DNA of 64,000 bases from Minisyncoccia bacterium (lineage in GTDB: Bacteria; Patescibacteriota; Minisyncoccia; Phycocordibacterales; UBA5272): NCBI GenBank assembly GCA_038256975.1, contig JBBSJU010000002.1:1064-65063 (forward strand), in the 5' to 3' direction. The notes beneath the pieces were generated by a model. It was given only the letters and a program-made list of their open reading frames with translations. It did no database searches and was not told the DNA's origin. Of this stretch, positions 7,543 to 16,781 are shown piece by piece (the stretch's first letter is position 1; each line of letters begins with the position of its first letter). The translations under genes and the position numbers were made by a program.

Positions 7543-9615
7543 ATGAAATCAATTGATTATGTGCAAAAACGAGATGGGCGAACAGTGCTGTTTGATAATT
7601 CAAAAATAATCGCAGCACTTCAGAAGGCTGTAGATAGCACAAATGAGATAACGAGAGATCAGATGGCAAAGATGTCTCTATGTATTTTGGAAAAAGTTAG
7701 AATCTTGCCGCATCCTTTTAATGTAGAAAGGATTCAAGATATTGTTGAAATTGAGCTTATCCGTGCAAACTTTCCTGCCACAGCAAAAGCATATATTTTA
7801 TACAGAGAAAAAAGACGTCAAGCACGTGAAAATAAGCACGTGTTTATAGATGTTGAAAAGACAATGGACGAATATCTTAATCGATCTGATTGGCGAGTGA
7901 ATGCAAACGCAAATCAAGGATATTCGCTCGGTGGACTTATATTGAATGCTTCAGGAAAACTGATAGCAAATTATTGGCTTAATAAAATATACAGCGAAAG
8001 AATAAGAACGGCACACGTTGAAGGTGATATACATATTCATGACTTAGATATGTTTTCTGGATATTGTGCGGGGTGGAGTTTACGACAACTTCTTGAAGAA
8101 GGTTTTAATGGTGTTCCAGGAAAAACAGAGTCACTACCACCAAAACACCTTGAATCCGCACTTTCCCAGATGGTTAATTTTTTAGGAACACTACAAAATG
8201 AATGGGCGGGTGCGCAGGCATTTTCTTCATTCGACACATATCTTGCTCCCTATGTTAAGCAAGATGCAATGAACTACTTACAGGTGAAACAAGCAATACA
8301 GCAGTTCGTATTTAATCTCAACGTGCCATCTCGCTGGGGAACGCAGACGCCATTTACCAACATTACACTCGACTGGGTGTGCCCTTCTGACATGAAAGAT
8401 CAAAAACCAACGATTGGAAAGAATACCTGTAGTTTTTCATACGGTGACTGTAAGACGGAAATGGACATGATAAATAAGGCGTTTATTGAGGTCATGACAG
8501 AAGGTGACGCAAAAGGACGTATTTTTACTTTTCCAATTCCTACCTACAACATCACGAAGGATTTTGACTGGGAAAATGAAAATGCACAAGCTTTATTTGA
8601 AATGACAGCAAAGTTTGGTATACCGTATTTCCAAAACTTTATGAATTCTGACTTAAATCCAAGTGATGTAAGAAGTATGTGTTGTCGGCTTCAGTTGGAT
8701 CTTCGGGAATTACGTGCACGTGGGGGAGGGTTGTTTGGTTCTGCTGAGATGACGGGGAGTGTCGGGGTAGTAACGCTTAATATGCCGCGCATAGGATATG
8801 TGTCAAAAACAAAAGAAGAATTTTTTGAAAGACTTGGTGAGTTAATGGATATTGCAAAAGAGTCACTTGAGCTTAAGCGAAAAGTTGTGACACAAAATAT
8901 AGAGCAAGGACTTCTTCCGTATACAAAACGATATCTCAAGACACTTCATAATCATTTCGCAACAATCGGACTTAACGGCATGAATGAATGCGCACTTAAT
9001 TTTCTCGGAAAGGACATCTCTACTGAAGACGGCACAAACTTTACTCTCGAAGTGTTAGATTTTATGAGAAAAAAACTCTCCGATTATCAGGAAGAGACAG
9101 GAAACCTGTACAATCTTGAGGCCACACCCGCAGAAGGAACAACGTATCGTTTCGCAAAAGAAGATAAAAAACGTTTTCCAGAAATAATTCAGCAAGGTAC
9201 TCCAACAGCGCCATACTACACAAATTCCACTCATTTACCCGTGGGCTATACGGAAGATCCTCTTATGGCATTAGATCACCAAGACCAGTTGCAGACAAAA
9301 TATACAGGAGGTACAGTGCTGCACCTCTTTCTTGGTGAGAAAGTTCGTGATTGGAAAACGTGTCGTGAATTTGTAAAAAAAGTAGCTGGACGGTACCGTC
9401 TTCCATACTTCACTATCACTCCAACGTTTAGTGTGTGTCCAACGCATGGGTACTTGGTTGGAGAACACCAGCATTGTCCAACATGTACCACAGAGTGTGA
9501 GGTATGGTCTCGTATAGTTGGCTATTTTAGGCCAGTTAAAGAATGGAACAAGGGCAAAAAAAGTGAATATGCTGAACGAATTGAATATCGTGTGCTTGTA
9601 GAAGAAAAAGTATGA
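7543..9615 (+). CDS. nrdD: Anaerobic (class III) ribonucleoside-triphosphate reductase with ATP cone
   Basis: VQKRDG ATP cone, HIHDLD..YCAGW, SMCCRL, EATPAEG, C-terminal RIVGYFRP glycyl-radical loop. Confidence 0.97.
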   Translation: MKSIDYVQKRDGRTVLFDNSKIIAALQKAVDSTNEITRDQMAKMSLCILEKVRILPHPFNVERIQDIVEIELIRANFPATAKAYILYREKRRQARENKHVFIDVEKTMDEYLNRSDWRVNANANQGYSLGGLILNASGKLIANYWLNKIYSERIRTAHVEGDIHIHDLDMFSGYCAGWSLRQLLEEGFNGVPGKTESLPPKHLESALSQMVNFLGTLQNEWAGAQAFSSFDTYLAPYVKQDAMNYLQVKQAIQQFVFNLNVPSRWGTQTPFTNITLDWVCPSDMKDQKPTIGKNTCSFSYGDCKTEMDMINKAFIEVMTEGDAKGRIFTFPIPTYNITKDFDWENENAQALFEMTAKFGIPYFQNFMNSDLNPSDVRSMCCRLQLDLRELRARGGGLFGSAEMTGSVGVVTLNMPRIGYVSKTKEEFFERLGELMDIAKESLELKRKVVTQNIEQGLLPYTKRYLKTLHNHFATIGLNGMNECALNFLGKDISTEDGTNFTLEVLDFMRKKLSDYQEETGNLYNLEATPAEGTTYRFAKEDKKRFPEIIQQGTPTAPYYTNSTHLPVGYTEDPLMALDHQDQLQTKYTGGTVLHLFLGEKVRDWKTCREFVKKVAGRYRLPYFTITPTFSVCPTHGYLVGEHQHCPTCTTECEVWSRIVGYFRPVKEWNKGKKSEYAERIEYRVLVEEKV

Positions 9616-10307
9616 TTGTAGGAGGTTTACAAAAACTCACCCTTGTAGATTTTCCAGGTAAAGTTGCTGCGATTATTTTCACCAAGGGTTGTATTTTTCG
9701 GTGTCCGTATTGTCATAATCCTGATCTTGTTCTCCCTGAACGAGGGGTGATAATTCCTCTTCCCGAGGTAAAAGATTTTTTGGAAGCAAGGAAAGACTTT
9801 CTTGAGGGTATTTGCATTAGTGGGGGAGAGCCAACATTGCATAAAGATCTTCCTGAGTTCATTACCTACATAAAAGATCTTGGGTACTCAGTTAAATTAG
9901 ATACGAACGGCATTACTCCTTCAATGGTTCAGGAGTTAATTGATAGAAAGCTTGTCGATTACTTTGCTATGGATCTCAAGCAGACTTGGGATAAGTATCA
10001 GAAAATCGCAAATCTTGCTCCTGGTAAAGAAGGTTTCATTGAAAAATGCAAAGAAACATTTAAGATAATACAAACATCTTCTGTCCCACACGAATGGCGT
10101 ACAACGGTTTTGCCAGGCATTCATACAGAAGCTGACTTTATTGAGATGGCATCATGGCTTTTGCCAGGGGAAGAGTATTTTATTCAGGATATAAATTATG
10201 CTGTAACTCTTGATACTAATCTCAATAAAAATAATCGTTTAGATGTGTCAAACTTGGTTGCTACCTTGCAGGGTTTGTATCCACATCTTCGTATAGAAAA
10301 GCGTTAA
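9612..10307 (+). CDS. nrdG: Anaerobic RNR activating radical-SAM enzyme
   Basis: CIFRCPYCHN, SGGEPT, KLDTNG; overlaps nrdD stop. Confidence 0.95.
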   Translation: MIVGGLQKLTLVDFPGKVAAIIFTKGCIFRCPYCHNPDLVLPERGVIIPLPEVKDFLEARKDFLEGICISGGEPTLHKDLPEFITYIKDLGYSVKLDTNGITPSMVQELIDRKLVDYFAMDLKQTWDKYQKIANLAPGKEGFIEKCKETFKIIQTSSVPHEWRTTVLPGIHTEADFIEMASWLLPGEEYFIQDINYAVTLDTNLNKNNRLDVSNLVATLQGLYPHLRIEKR

Positions 10308-10340
10308 GTGGTATATAATTACCGTAACTAACAAAATAAA

Positions 10341-11552
10341 ATGTATACATATCTCATATTGGAAATCATCGCATGGCTTCTTGGAGGAATAGTTCTGTTT
10401 TATCTAGTTCTCCATATTCTCCCAGCTCAGCACGGTTTGAGAAAAAAACTTTTTCGTTTTCGTTTCGCTCTCATCATCCTTATTTGTGCAGTGATGTTGG
10501 GAGTGTATTCTCAAAAAACATATCCACCGGATTTTGCTATGCCTGTTTGGATGCACTCATTTGCACCAAATCATCACGCGCCTAATTTACCGCTGGTGAG
10601 TATCGTGTCCTTCTTCCTGAATGCTAATAACTTTGAACGTGTTCTTGATATATCACGAGATCCAAACGATGTCCCCGCACCATTAGAAAGAACCGAATCT
10701 GAGGTGGTCAAAATAGCCATGACCGTTAAGGAAGTAATCTCTGAAATTGCTCCAGGAATATATTTCAATTATTGGACATTTGATGGTCAAGTACCTGGTC
10801 CGATGTTGCGAATTGTAGAGGGTGACACAGTTGAATTATCTTTAACGAATGACAAAACAAGTATTCATCACCACAATATCGATCTCCATGCTGTTACTGG
10901 TCCAGGTGGTGGCTCCGGTCTTACAAGTGCTGCTCCTGGAGAAACAAAGACATTTCGGTGGAAGGCATTGAATCCAGGGCTATACATATATCATTGTGCC
11001 ACAATGAATGTCAGTGTGCATAATTCTCATGGACAGTATGGTTTGATACTTGTTGAACCAAAGGGTGGGTTACCAAAAGTAGACAAAGAATTCTACCTTG
11101 TTCAAGGTGAGTTTTACACTGCGGGTGACATTGGAAGAAAAGGTCTTACTCGTTTCGATTCTCAAGCACTACAAGATGGGATTCCAAATTACGTCGTGTT
11201 CAATGGAAGAATTGAAAATGATACAAAACGAATGAAGGTAAACGCAGGTGACCGTGTCCGTGTATTTGTGGGTAATGGGGGAGTAAATCTTATTTCTTCG
11301 TTCCACATTATTGGAGAAATTTTTGACCGAGTGTATCCGGAAGGTGCAATGGGTGAAGGTTCTACTATTCTAAAAAATGTTCAAACAACGGCCGTATTAC
11401 CAGGGGGCTCTGCGATTGTAGAATTTACTGCTGAAGTACCTGGGGACCTTACTGTTGTGGATCATGCGCTTGCACGTATGAACAAAGGGGCATGGACAAC
11501 TATTCAAGTTGTTGGAAGTTCACGACCAGACATTATTCAGGCGGTTAAGTAG
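10341..11552 (+). CDS. nirK: Copper-containing nitrite reductase, membrane-anchored
   Basis: HNIDLHAVTGPGGG, YHCA..H..GQYGLILVEP, SSFHIIGEIFD, VDH; two N-terminal TM helices. Confidence 0.92.
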   Translation: MYTYLILEIIAWLLGGIVLFYLVLHILPAQHGLRKKLFRFRFALIILICAVMLGVYSQKTYPPDFAMPVWMHSFAPNHHAPNLPLVSIVSFFLNANNFERVLDISRDPNDVPAPLERTESEVVKIAMTVKEVISEIAPGIYFNYWTFDGQVPGPMLRIVEGDTVELSLTNDKTSIHHHNIDLHAVTGPGGGSGLTSAAPGETKTFRWKALNPGLYIYHCATMNVSVHNSHGQYGLILVEPKGGLPKVDKEFYLVQGEFYTAGDIGRKGLTRFDSQALQDGIPNYVVFNGRIENDTKRMKVNAGDRVRVFVGNGGVNLISSFHIIGEIFDRVYPEGAMGEGSTILKNVQTTAVLPGGSAIVEFTAEVPGDLTVVDHALARMNKGAWTTIQVVGSSRPDIIQAVK

Positions 11553-11624
11553 TGGGAAAGTTGGCGCTGAATACTTTATCCGCTTACTACTACCATTTGC
11601 TGCGTGTCTGGGAATGATTTTTAA

Positions 11625-11912
11625 CTCAACGAGGAAGAACTCATCGAGCAACTTGTCGGATTAATGGAAACAATAGATTTAGATGAGATTGGGATAAAAG
11701 AGAAGATGAAAGCCGAAGTGGAGCGTATTAAGAAGTTCCAGAGGGTCATTTTGGGCTCTAAGGAGAAGATTGAGATTAAGGACATAGATATACGTAATTA
11801 TGCAAAATACGTCCTCAGAGAGGCTCGTGATTTAGAGAAACGTGAATTACTTGGATGTTTAAAAAGCAAAATCCTGCTTAGCCAAAAGAAAATTATTCTG
11901 GAAAGATCTTAG
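11625..11912 (+). pseudogene. C-terminal relic of a large serine recombinase
   Basis: Frame opens after TAA 11622 without a start: LNEEELIEQLVGLMETIDLDEIGIKEK..IRNYAKYVL..EKRELLGCL resembles the coiled-coil tail of CPR recombinases; no catalytic domain. Confidence 0.6.
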
Positions 11913-12304
11913 TTAAAATTTACTGAAAAATTATACATGCCCATACTGCACATACCCTGCATAGATGATCCAGCTTTAAATGTGCCAATATCTATGATCT
12001 CTTCTCCAGTTTGAGGAAGCGTCTTTTGGTATCCGATTGAGCGAATCACTAAGGCAGAAGAACAATCATATGTTCCGTTTGTTTTAACAATCAGTTTTGT
12101 TGGGATATCAGCCTGAGCAGAAGAGACCCGAGGTGAATAACCACCCTTTGCATCTATGGTTACATATTGAATCCCATCCCTTACTTCAACATTTTGTATA
12201 GCCTGTGTTGATGCGGTATTATCGCTACCCTTCGAGCCTAGAAAAATAATGCCAATTCCAATAATGAGCCCGATAGTAATAATTGATAAAGCAATTTTAT
12301 TCAT
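11909..12304 (-). CDS. Cupredoxin-domain membrane-anchored protein
   Basis: TM anchor; GGYSP..DCS..CSMGMY (CupA-like). Confidence 0.85.
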   Translation of the reverse strand: MNKIALSIITIGLIIGIGIIFLGSKGSDNTASTQAIQNVEVRDGIQYVTIDAKGGYSPRVSSAQADIPTKLIVKTNGTYDCSSALVIRSIGYQKTLPQTGEEIIDIGTFKAGSSMQGMCSMGMYNFSVNFN

Positions 12305-12312
12305 AAAGTTAA

Positions 12313-13320
12313 TTATATATTAAATAATGGATTGATAATTCCGAGTCCTGCCAAGCCAGCAAGTAGTGCGAATAGTCCGAGACCGATCACTACGACACCT
12401 GCGGACTTAAAGAATAGAGGCGCATGTCTTCCGTGCGCGAATGATGCAGACCCGAATGAGAGAAGTAAGAGCACTGGTAACGTCCCGAGAGCAAAAGCTA
12501 GCATGATCAACATTCCAGAACCAAAAGATCCACTACCTAATGCCGAGACCTGCATTGACTGAGTAAAGCCACAAGGCAAGAAGAATGTGGCAAAACCTAG
12601 AATGAGAGGTGTGAACGTTTTATGCTCAATTCTCCTGAAGAAATTAAAGATTCCCGACGGCAGAGCGATTTTGTTCTTTTTAAAAACTCCAACCAAATTC
12701 AAACCCAACGTCAGCATCACAAGCGATGCCAAAAGACCTAAGATTGCCGTAAGGGTAAAATTAATGCCGATAGCACTTCCTACAGCGCCAAGCACTCCAC
12801 CCAATACTGCAAAGCTGACAATTCTTCCTATATGGAAGAGTAGAAACGTTTTGGTATCGCTCACATTGTCTTGAGATATCTTTGCTGATAGAGACAAAAC
12901 CAATCCTCCCACTATGGCAAGACAGCTTGAAACCGAAGCTATGAGCCCAATAATGAAGCTTGTGATTGGTGTGGTCTGCCCACCGATCCCAAGATTAAGA
13001 ACTCCTGATTTCTGTAATAAAAAGAACAACACCAGGAAACCAAGTCCAATCGGAAGAGCTTTCCAAATAATATCGTCTCTTTGTTTTTCCTTGACCGTTT
13101 TTTCAACGGAAAGAATATAACCATTAGATTTGATTTTATCTGTCAGCATATCTGCTAATTTTTCAGAAGAATAATCACTGTCAGTTTCTATTTCCACAAT
13201 TTCATTCTTCAGATTGACTCGTGCATTTTGTATGAAGTCCTGTTCATTCAAGACATCCTCGATCAAGATTTTGCATGATGCACAATGCGTACCAGATACG
13301 TGTAATATGTGTGTTTTCAT
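12313..13320 (-). CDS. HMA domain + DsbD_2/sulfite-exporter-like membrane protein
   Basis: GTHCASC; SSCLAIVGG; FHIGR; FFLPCGFTQ. Confidence 0.88.
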   Translation of the reverse strand: MKTHILHVSGTHCASCKILIEDVLNEQDFIQNARVNLKNEIVEIETDSDYSSEKLADMLTDKIKSNGYILSVEKTVKEKQRDDIIWKALPIGLGFLVLFFLLQKSGVLNLGIGGQTTPITSFIIGLIASVSSCLAIVGGLVLSLSAKISQDNVSDTKTFLLFHIGRIVSFAVLGGVLGAVGSAIGINFTLTAILGLLASLVMLTLGLNLVGVFKKNKIALPSGIFNFFRRIEHKTFTPLILGFATFFLPCGFTQSMQVSALGSGSFGSGMLIMLAFALGTLPVLLLLSFGSASFAHGRHAPLFFKSAGVVVIGLGLFALLAGLAGLGIINPLFNI

Positions 13321-13322
13321 AC

Positions 13323-15617
13323 TTATAATTTCTTAGCTTTAATGCGAAGTGAGTTCGAGACTACGGAGACCGACGACATCGCCATAGCAAATCCAGCAAA
13401 AATAGGATTCAAAAGCCAACCAAAGATTGGATAGAAAGCACCTGCCGCAAGCGGTATACCAACGATGTTGTATATGAATGCCCAGAAAAGATTCTGCTTG
13501 ATTCCTCGCATGGTAATTTTTGAAAGCTTAATGGCTTTGACGAGCTTTGAAATGTCCCCTCCAAGGAGGGTGATTCCTGCCGACTCAATCGCGACATCCG
13601 TACCTGTTCCCATGGCAATACCGACGTCAGCTTGGGCAAGTGCGGGAGCATCATTCACCCCATCACCTGCCATAGCGACAATACGACCCTGTGACTGGAG
13701 CTCTTTTATTTTTTCAAGCTTATCTTGTGGTAATACATGCGCCACAATGTCATCAATACCAACGAGTGATCCAATGTACTTAGCGGCTTTTTCATCGTCT
13801 CCTGTAAGCATAACCACTTTTATGCCGAGAGCATGAAGACTTTTGATAGCCTCTACTGACTCAGCCTTTATTTCGTCTGCCACCATCACAAAACCGAGTA
13901 CCTTCTCTTTGGTAGCAAGAATGACTGGTGTCTTTCCTTGCGAGGTAAACTCATTTAACCTATCAGCGTCAAATGAAATTTTTAGGTCGCTCACAAGCTT
14001 CGCATTGCCTACAAAATATTCAGTGCCTCTGATCTCTCCCTTGAGACCTTTTCCTTGTATTCCTTCAAAGTTTGAAACATCAGATATCGAGATATTTTTC
14101 TCCTGTGCGTAGTTTACGACTGCATGTGCGATCGGATGCTCTGATTTTTTCTCAAGCGAAGCGAGAATTGAAACAAGTTCATCATCTTTCAAGTTTGCGA
14201 GGTTTTGTATGTCGACAAGTGTCGGCTTTCCTTTGGTTATTGTTCCTGTCTTGTCGACCACAACTGTGTTTACCTTATGAAGCTTTTCGAGAGTAGCCGC
14301 ATCTTTGATGAGAATTCCTTCCTTGGCACCTTTACCGACTCCGACAATTATTGCAGTTGGAGTAGCGAGACCAAGCGCACATGGACAAGCTATTACTAGG
14401 ATTCCCACAAAGGATACGAGACCGAATGAAAGTGCCTGAGAAAATCCTAAATACTGCGACCCAATAATGAGCCATGCACCAAGAGTAAGAAAAGCGATTA
14501 CAAGAACTATGGGCACAAAGATGGCTGATATTTTGTCTGCCATTGCCTGTATTGGCGCTTTGCTCCCTTGAGCATCTTCAACCATCTTTATAATCTGAGC
14601 GAGCAGTGTCTCTGAGCCAACCTTTGTGGCTTTAAAGGTGAATGACCCACTTGTATTCATTGTGCCAGATACGACATTGTCGCCAATCTTTTTCTGGGCA
14701 GGCATTGGCTCTCCTGTAACCATCGATTCATCAATAAAAGATGAGCCTTCCGTGATGACACCGTCAACAGGAATTTTTGCGCCTGGCTTCACGATAATCA
14801 GATCTCCATGCTTTACATCGTTTACTGAAATCTCTATTTCCTTTCCGTCACGAACAACCAATGCTGTTTTGGCTTGAAGATTGAGAAGTTTCTCGATCGC
14901 ATCACCTGTCTTAATTTTAGATCTGGCTTCGAGGTATTTACCGAGCGCAATAAAGGTAATGACCACTATCGTCACGTCATAGTACTGGTACTCGACATTA
15001 ATAAACGGCTTAAGAACGTCCTCAAAAGCACTGACGGCGAAACTGTATAGAAAAGCGGCTACTGTACCGATACCAATAAGGGTATCCATATTCGCTTTGC
15101 CGTATTGGAGAAATCTATAAAAACCAAGGAGATATGGCTTACCAACTACAAAAAGGATATAGGTGGCAAATATCGGGAGAAGATGATGAAAGAATTCCTT
15201 GAGTGTGTAGCTCATTGCAGGAACGATGCTGTACTCAGCGAGAATATCCCAACCCATAACGAAAGCAGCAAAAACTGCCAGAGGAATTGCGGAGAGCACT
15301 TTCGTCCGCATGTCCGCAACCTCATTGAGCTTCTCTTTCTTTGACTGATTCAATCCCAAGTGAGCCGCATGCTCACTTTCAGACATACCCATCTCGTTCG
15401 CTGTCTCGGGGACATCGAGTGAATATCCGAGAGGTTCGATATGCTTAGAAAGGTCGTGAGGGCTTATTTTTGAAGGATCAAAGGAAACCTTGGCCTTCTC
15501 CGTTCCATAGTTCACCTCTGCAGAATGCACACCATCAACTTTCTTAAATGTTTTTTCAATAACAGATGAACATGAGGCACAATGCATTCCTTTTACGTTG
15601 TATGTTTGTGTGTGCAT
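13323..15617 (-). CDS. copA: Cu(I)-translocating P1B-type ATPase
   Basis: GMHCASC, TGE, CPC, DKTGT, SEHP, GDGVNDAPAL, YN, MAMSS. Confidence 0.96.
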   Translation of the reverse strand: MHTQTYNVKGMHCASCSSVIEKTFKKVDGVHSAEVNYGTEKAKVSFDPSKISPHDLSKHIEPLGYSLDVPETANEMGMSESEHAAHLGLNQSKKEKLNEVADMRTKVLSAIPLAVFAAFVMGWDILAEYSIVPAMSYTLKEFFHHLLPIFATYILFVVGKPYLLGFYRFLQYGKANMDTLIGIGTVAAFLYSFAVSAFEDVLKPFINVEYQYYDVTIVVITFIALGKYLEARSKIKTGDAIEKLLNLQAKTALVVRDGKEIEISVNDVKHGDLIIVKPGAKIPVDGVITEGSSFIDESMVTGEPMPAQKKIGDNVVSGTMNTSGSFTFKATKVGSETLLAQIIKMVEDAQGSKAPIQAMADKISAIFVPIVLVIAFLTLGAWLIIGSQYLGFSQALSFGLVSFVGILVIACPCALGLATPTAIIVGVGKGAKEGILIKDAATLEKLHKVNTVVVDKTGTITKGKPTLVDIQNLANLKDDELVSILASLEKKSEHPIAHAVVNYAQEKNISISDVSNFEGIQGKGLKGEIRGTEYFVGNAKLVSDLKISFDADRLNEFTSQGKTPVILATKEKVLGFVMVADEIKAESVEAIKSLHALGIKVVMLTGDDEKAAKYIGSLVGIDDIVAHVLPQDKLEKIKELQSQGRIVAMAGDGVNDAPALAQADVGIAMGTGTDVAIESAGITLLGGDISKLVKAIKLSKITMRGIKQNLFWAFIYNIVGIPLAAGAFYPIFGWLLNPIFAGFAMAMSSVSVVSNSLRIKAKKL

Positions 15618-15620
15618 AAA

Positions 15621-15896
15621 TTATTTTCTCTTTAGCTTATAAACTTTTAAAATCTCCTGCTTGGTCTTCTCAGTCTGCCCAGCTTTCACCTGATTCAGGA
15701 TGCATCCGCCAAGATGATTTTCGAGCAGTAAGTCTTCGACATTAGAAAGTCCCTGCTTGACTGCTGAGGTTTGAGTGATCACATCAATGCAGTACGTATC
15801 ATTCTCAATCATCTTTTGTAGCCCTCGAATCTGGCCCTCGATAAGCTTGAGGCGACGAATGATCTTTCCCTTATTTTTATCTTCCATATATTTCAT
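15621..15896 (-). CDS. csoR: Copper-sensing repressor (CsoR/RcnR family)
   Basis: RLKLIEGQIRG..YCIDV..ENHLGGC (C-H-C ligands). Confidence 0.93.
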   Translation of the reverse strand: MKYMEDKNKGKIIRRLKLIEGQIRGLQKMIENDTYCIDVITQTSAVKQGLSNVEDLLLENHLGGCILNQVKAGQTEKTKQEILKVYKLKRK

Positions 15897-15903
15897 ACCC
15901 AAC

Positions 15904-15933
15904 ATTATATACCCCCTAGGGGGTATAGTGCAA
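15904..15933 (-). promoter_or_regulatory. csoR-copA promoter with CsoR operator
   Basis: TTGCAC-18 nt-TATAAT on the minus strand; perfect 20-bp palindrome TATACCCCCTAGGGGGTATA (15908-15927) over the spacer. Confidence 0.9.
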
Positions 15934-15935
15934 GT

Positions 15936-15976
15936 AAAACAATAAACCACCCAGTGATGGGTGGTTTATTGTTTTA
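15936..15976. terminator. Strong bidirectional terminator downstream of tRNA-Gln
   Basis: aaaacaataaaccaccca-gtga-tgggtggtttattgtttt. Confidence 0.88.
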
Positions 15977-16061
15977 GTTACTGCTCTCAGCAGGTATGCA
16001 ATGACTGAATAGGATATTTGAGTAAATTCGACCCTCCTCGGAGTCTGAACCTATCTCAAGT

Positions 16062-16135
16062 TGGCTGCCAGACTTGGAATCGAACCAAGATACACAGCTT
16101 CAAAGGCTGTTGTCCTACCTTTAGACGATCTGGCA
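16062..16135 (-). tRNA. tRNA-Gln(TTG)
   Basis: TGCCAGA/TCTGGCA acceptor, ACAGC-CTTTGAA-GCTGT anticodon arm, GGTTCGATTCC, encoded CCA. Confidence 0.95.
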
Positions 16136-16217
16136 ATATTGTATGGGGAACCCATACGATTGCTCGATAATAGCAGACTTTTTGCGAAAATTGAAATAAG
16201 CGTATACTAGAAATGTT

Positions 16218-16781
16218 GTGAATACTTCTTCATTTTCCTACACTAATTCCGAACCATTCTTTGCACGAGTTGTTTCCTGTCCTCATTGGGAAGACCACCA
16301 CATAGAACGAGCGAAATCTGCAAATGATTTTAAGTTGCTCGGCGAGCTTGTGTGTGAAGTAGCAGAGAGAATGCCGAAACCTCTTTTTATGGTTTCGGGT
16401 CCGATGACCACTGGTGGCATGGGCTCATATTCAAAAAATATTCTCCTGTTTCAGCATGCGATAGACGAAGCGATCAAAGCAGGTGTAACTGTGTTTAATC
16501 AAACAATGCTTGAAGAGCATTTGCAGCGTTTGGTGCGAGAATGGCTTACTTGTAATCCCGAGTCAGAATATTGCAATCATGTGCTTACTGATGTGTACGA
16601 AGCCTTGCTCGCTTCAGGGCACATACACGGTGTGTACTTTATGCCAGACTGGCACACCTCGCGTGGGGCGCGATGGGAAAGGGAAGCCGCAGAGCGTCTT
16701 AATGTTGCAATTCACGACTATCCAGGCGAATGGTACGAAAAAGCAACGAGCAGAACAAAACTATTTTTTAACGAAGATTAA
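16218..16781 (+). CDS. DUF4406/nucleoside-deoxyribosyltransferase-like protein
   Basis: FMVSGPMTTG..FNQ..VYFMPDWHTSRGARWERE.A. Confidence 0.65.
   Translation: MNTSSFSYTNSEPFFARVVSCPHWEDHHIERAKSANDFKLLGELVCEVAERMPKPLFMVSGPMTTGGMGSYSKNILLFQHAIDEAIKAGVTVFNQTMLEEHLQRLVREWLTCNPESEYCNHVLTDVYEALLASGHIHGVYFMPDWHTSRGARWEREAAERLNVAIHDYPGEWYEKATSRTKLFFNED

Noticed and set aside
11558-16065. AAGTTGGC repeat as a confident attL/attR pair
   Set aside because: Only 8 bp and partly outside the tRNA; plausible by chance, so kept only as a weak note.
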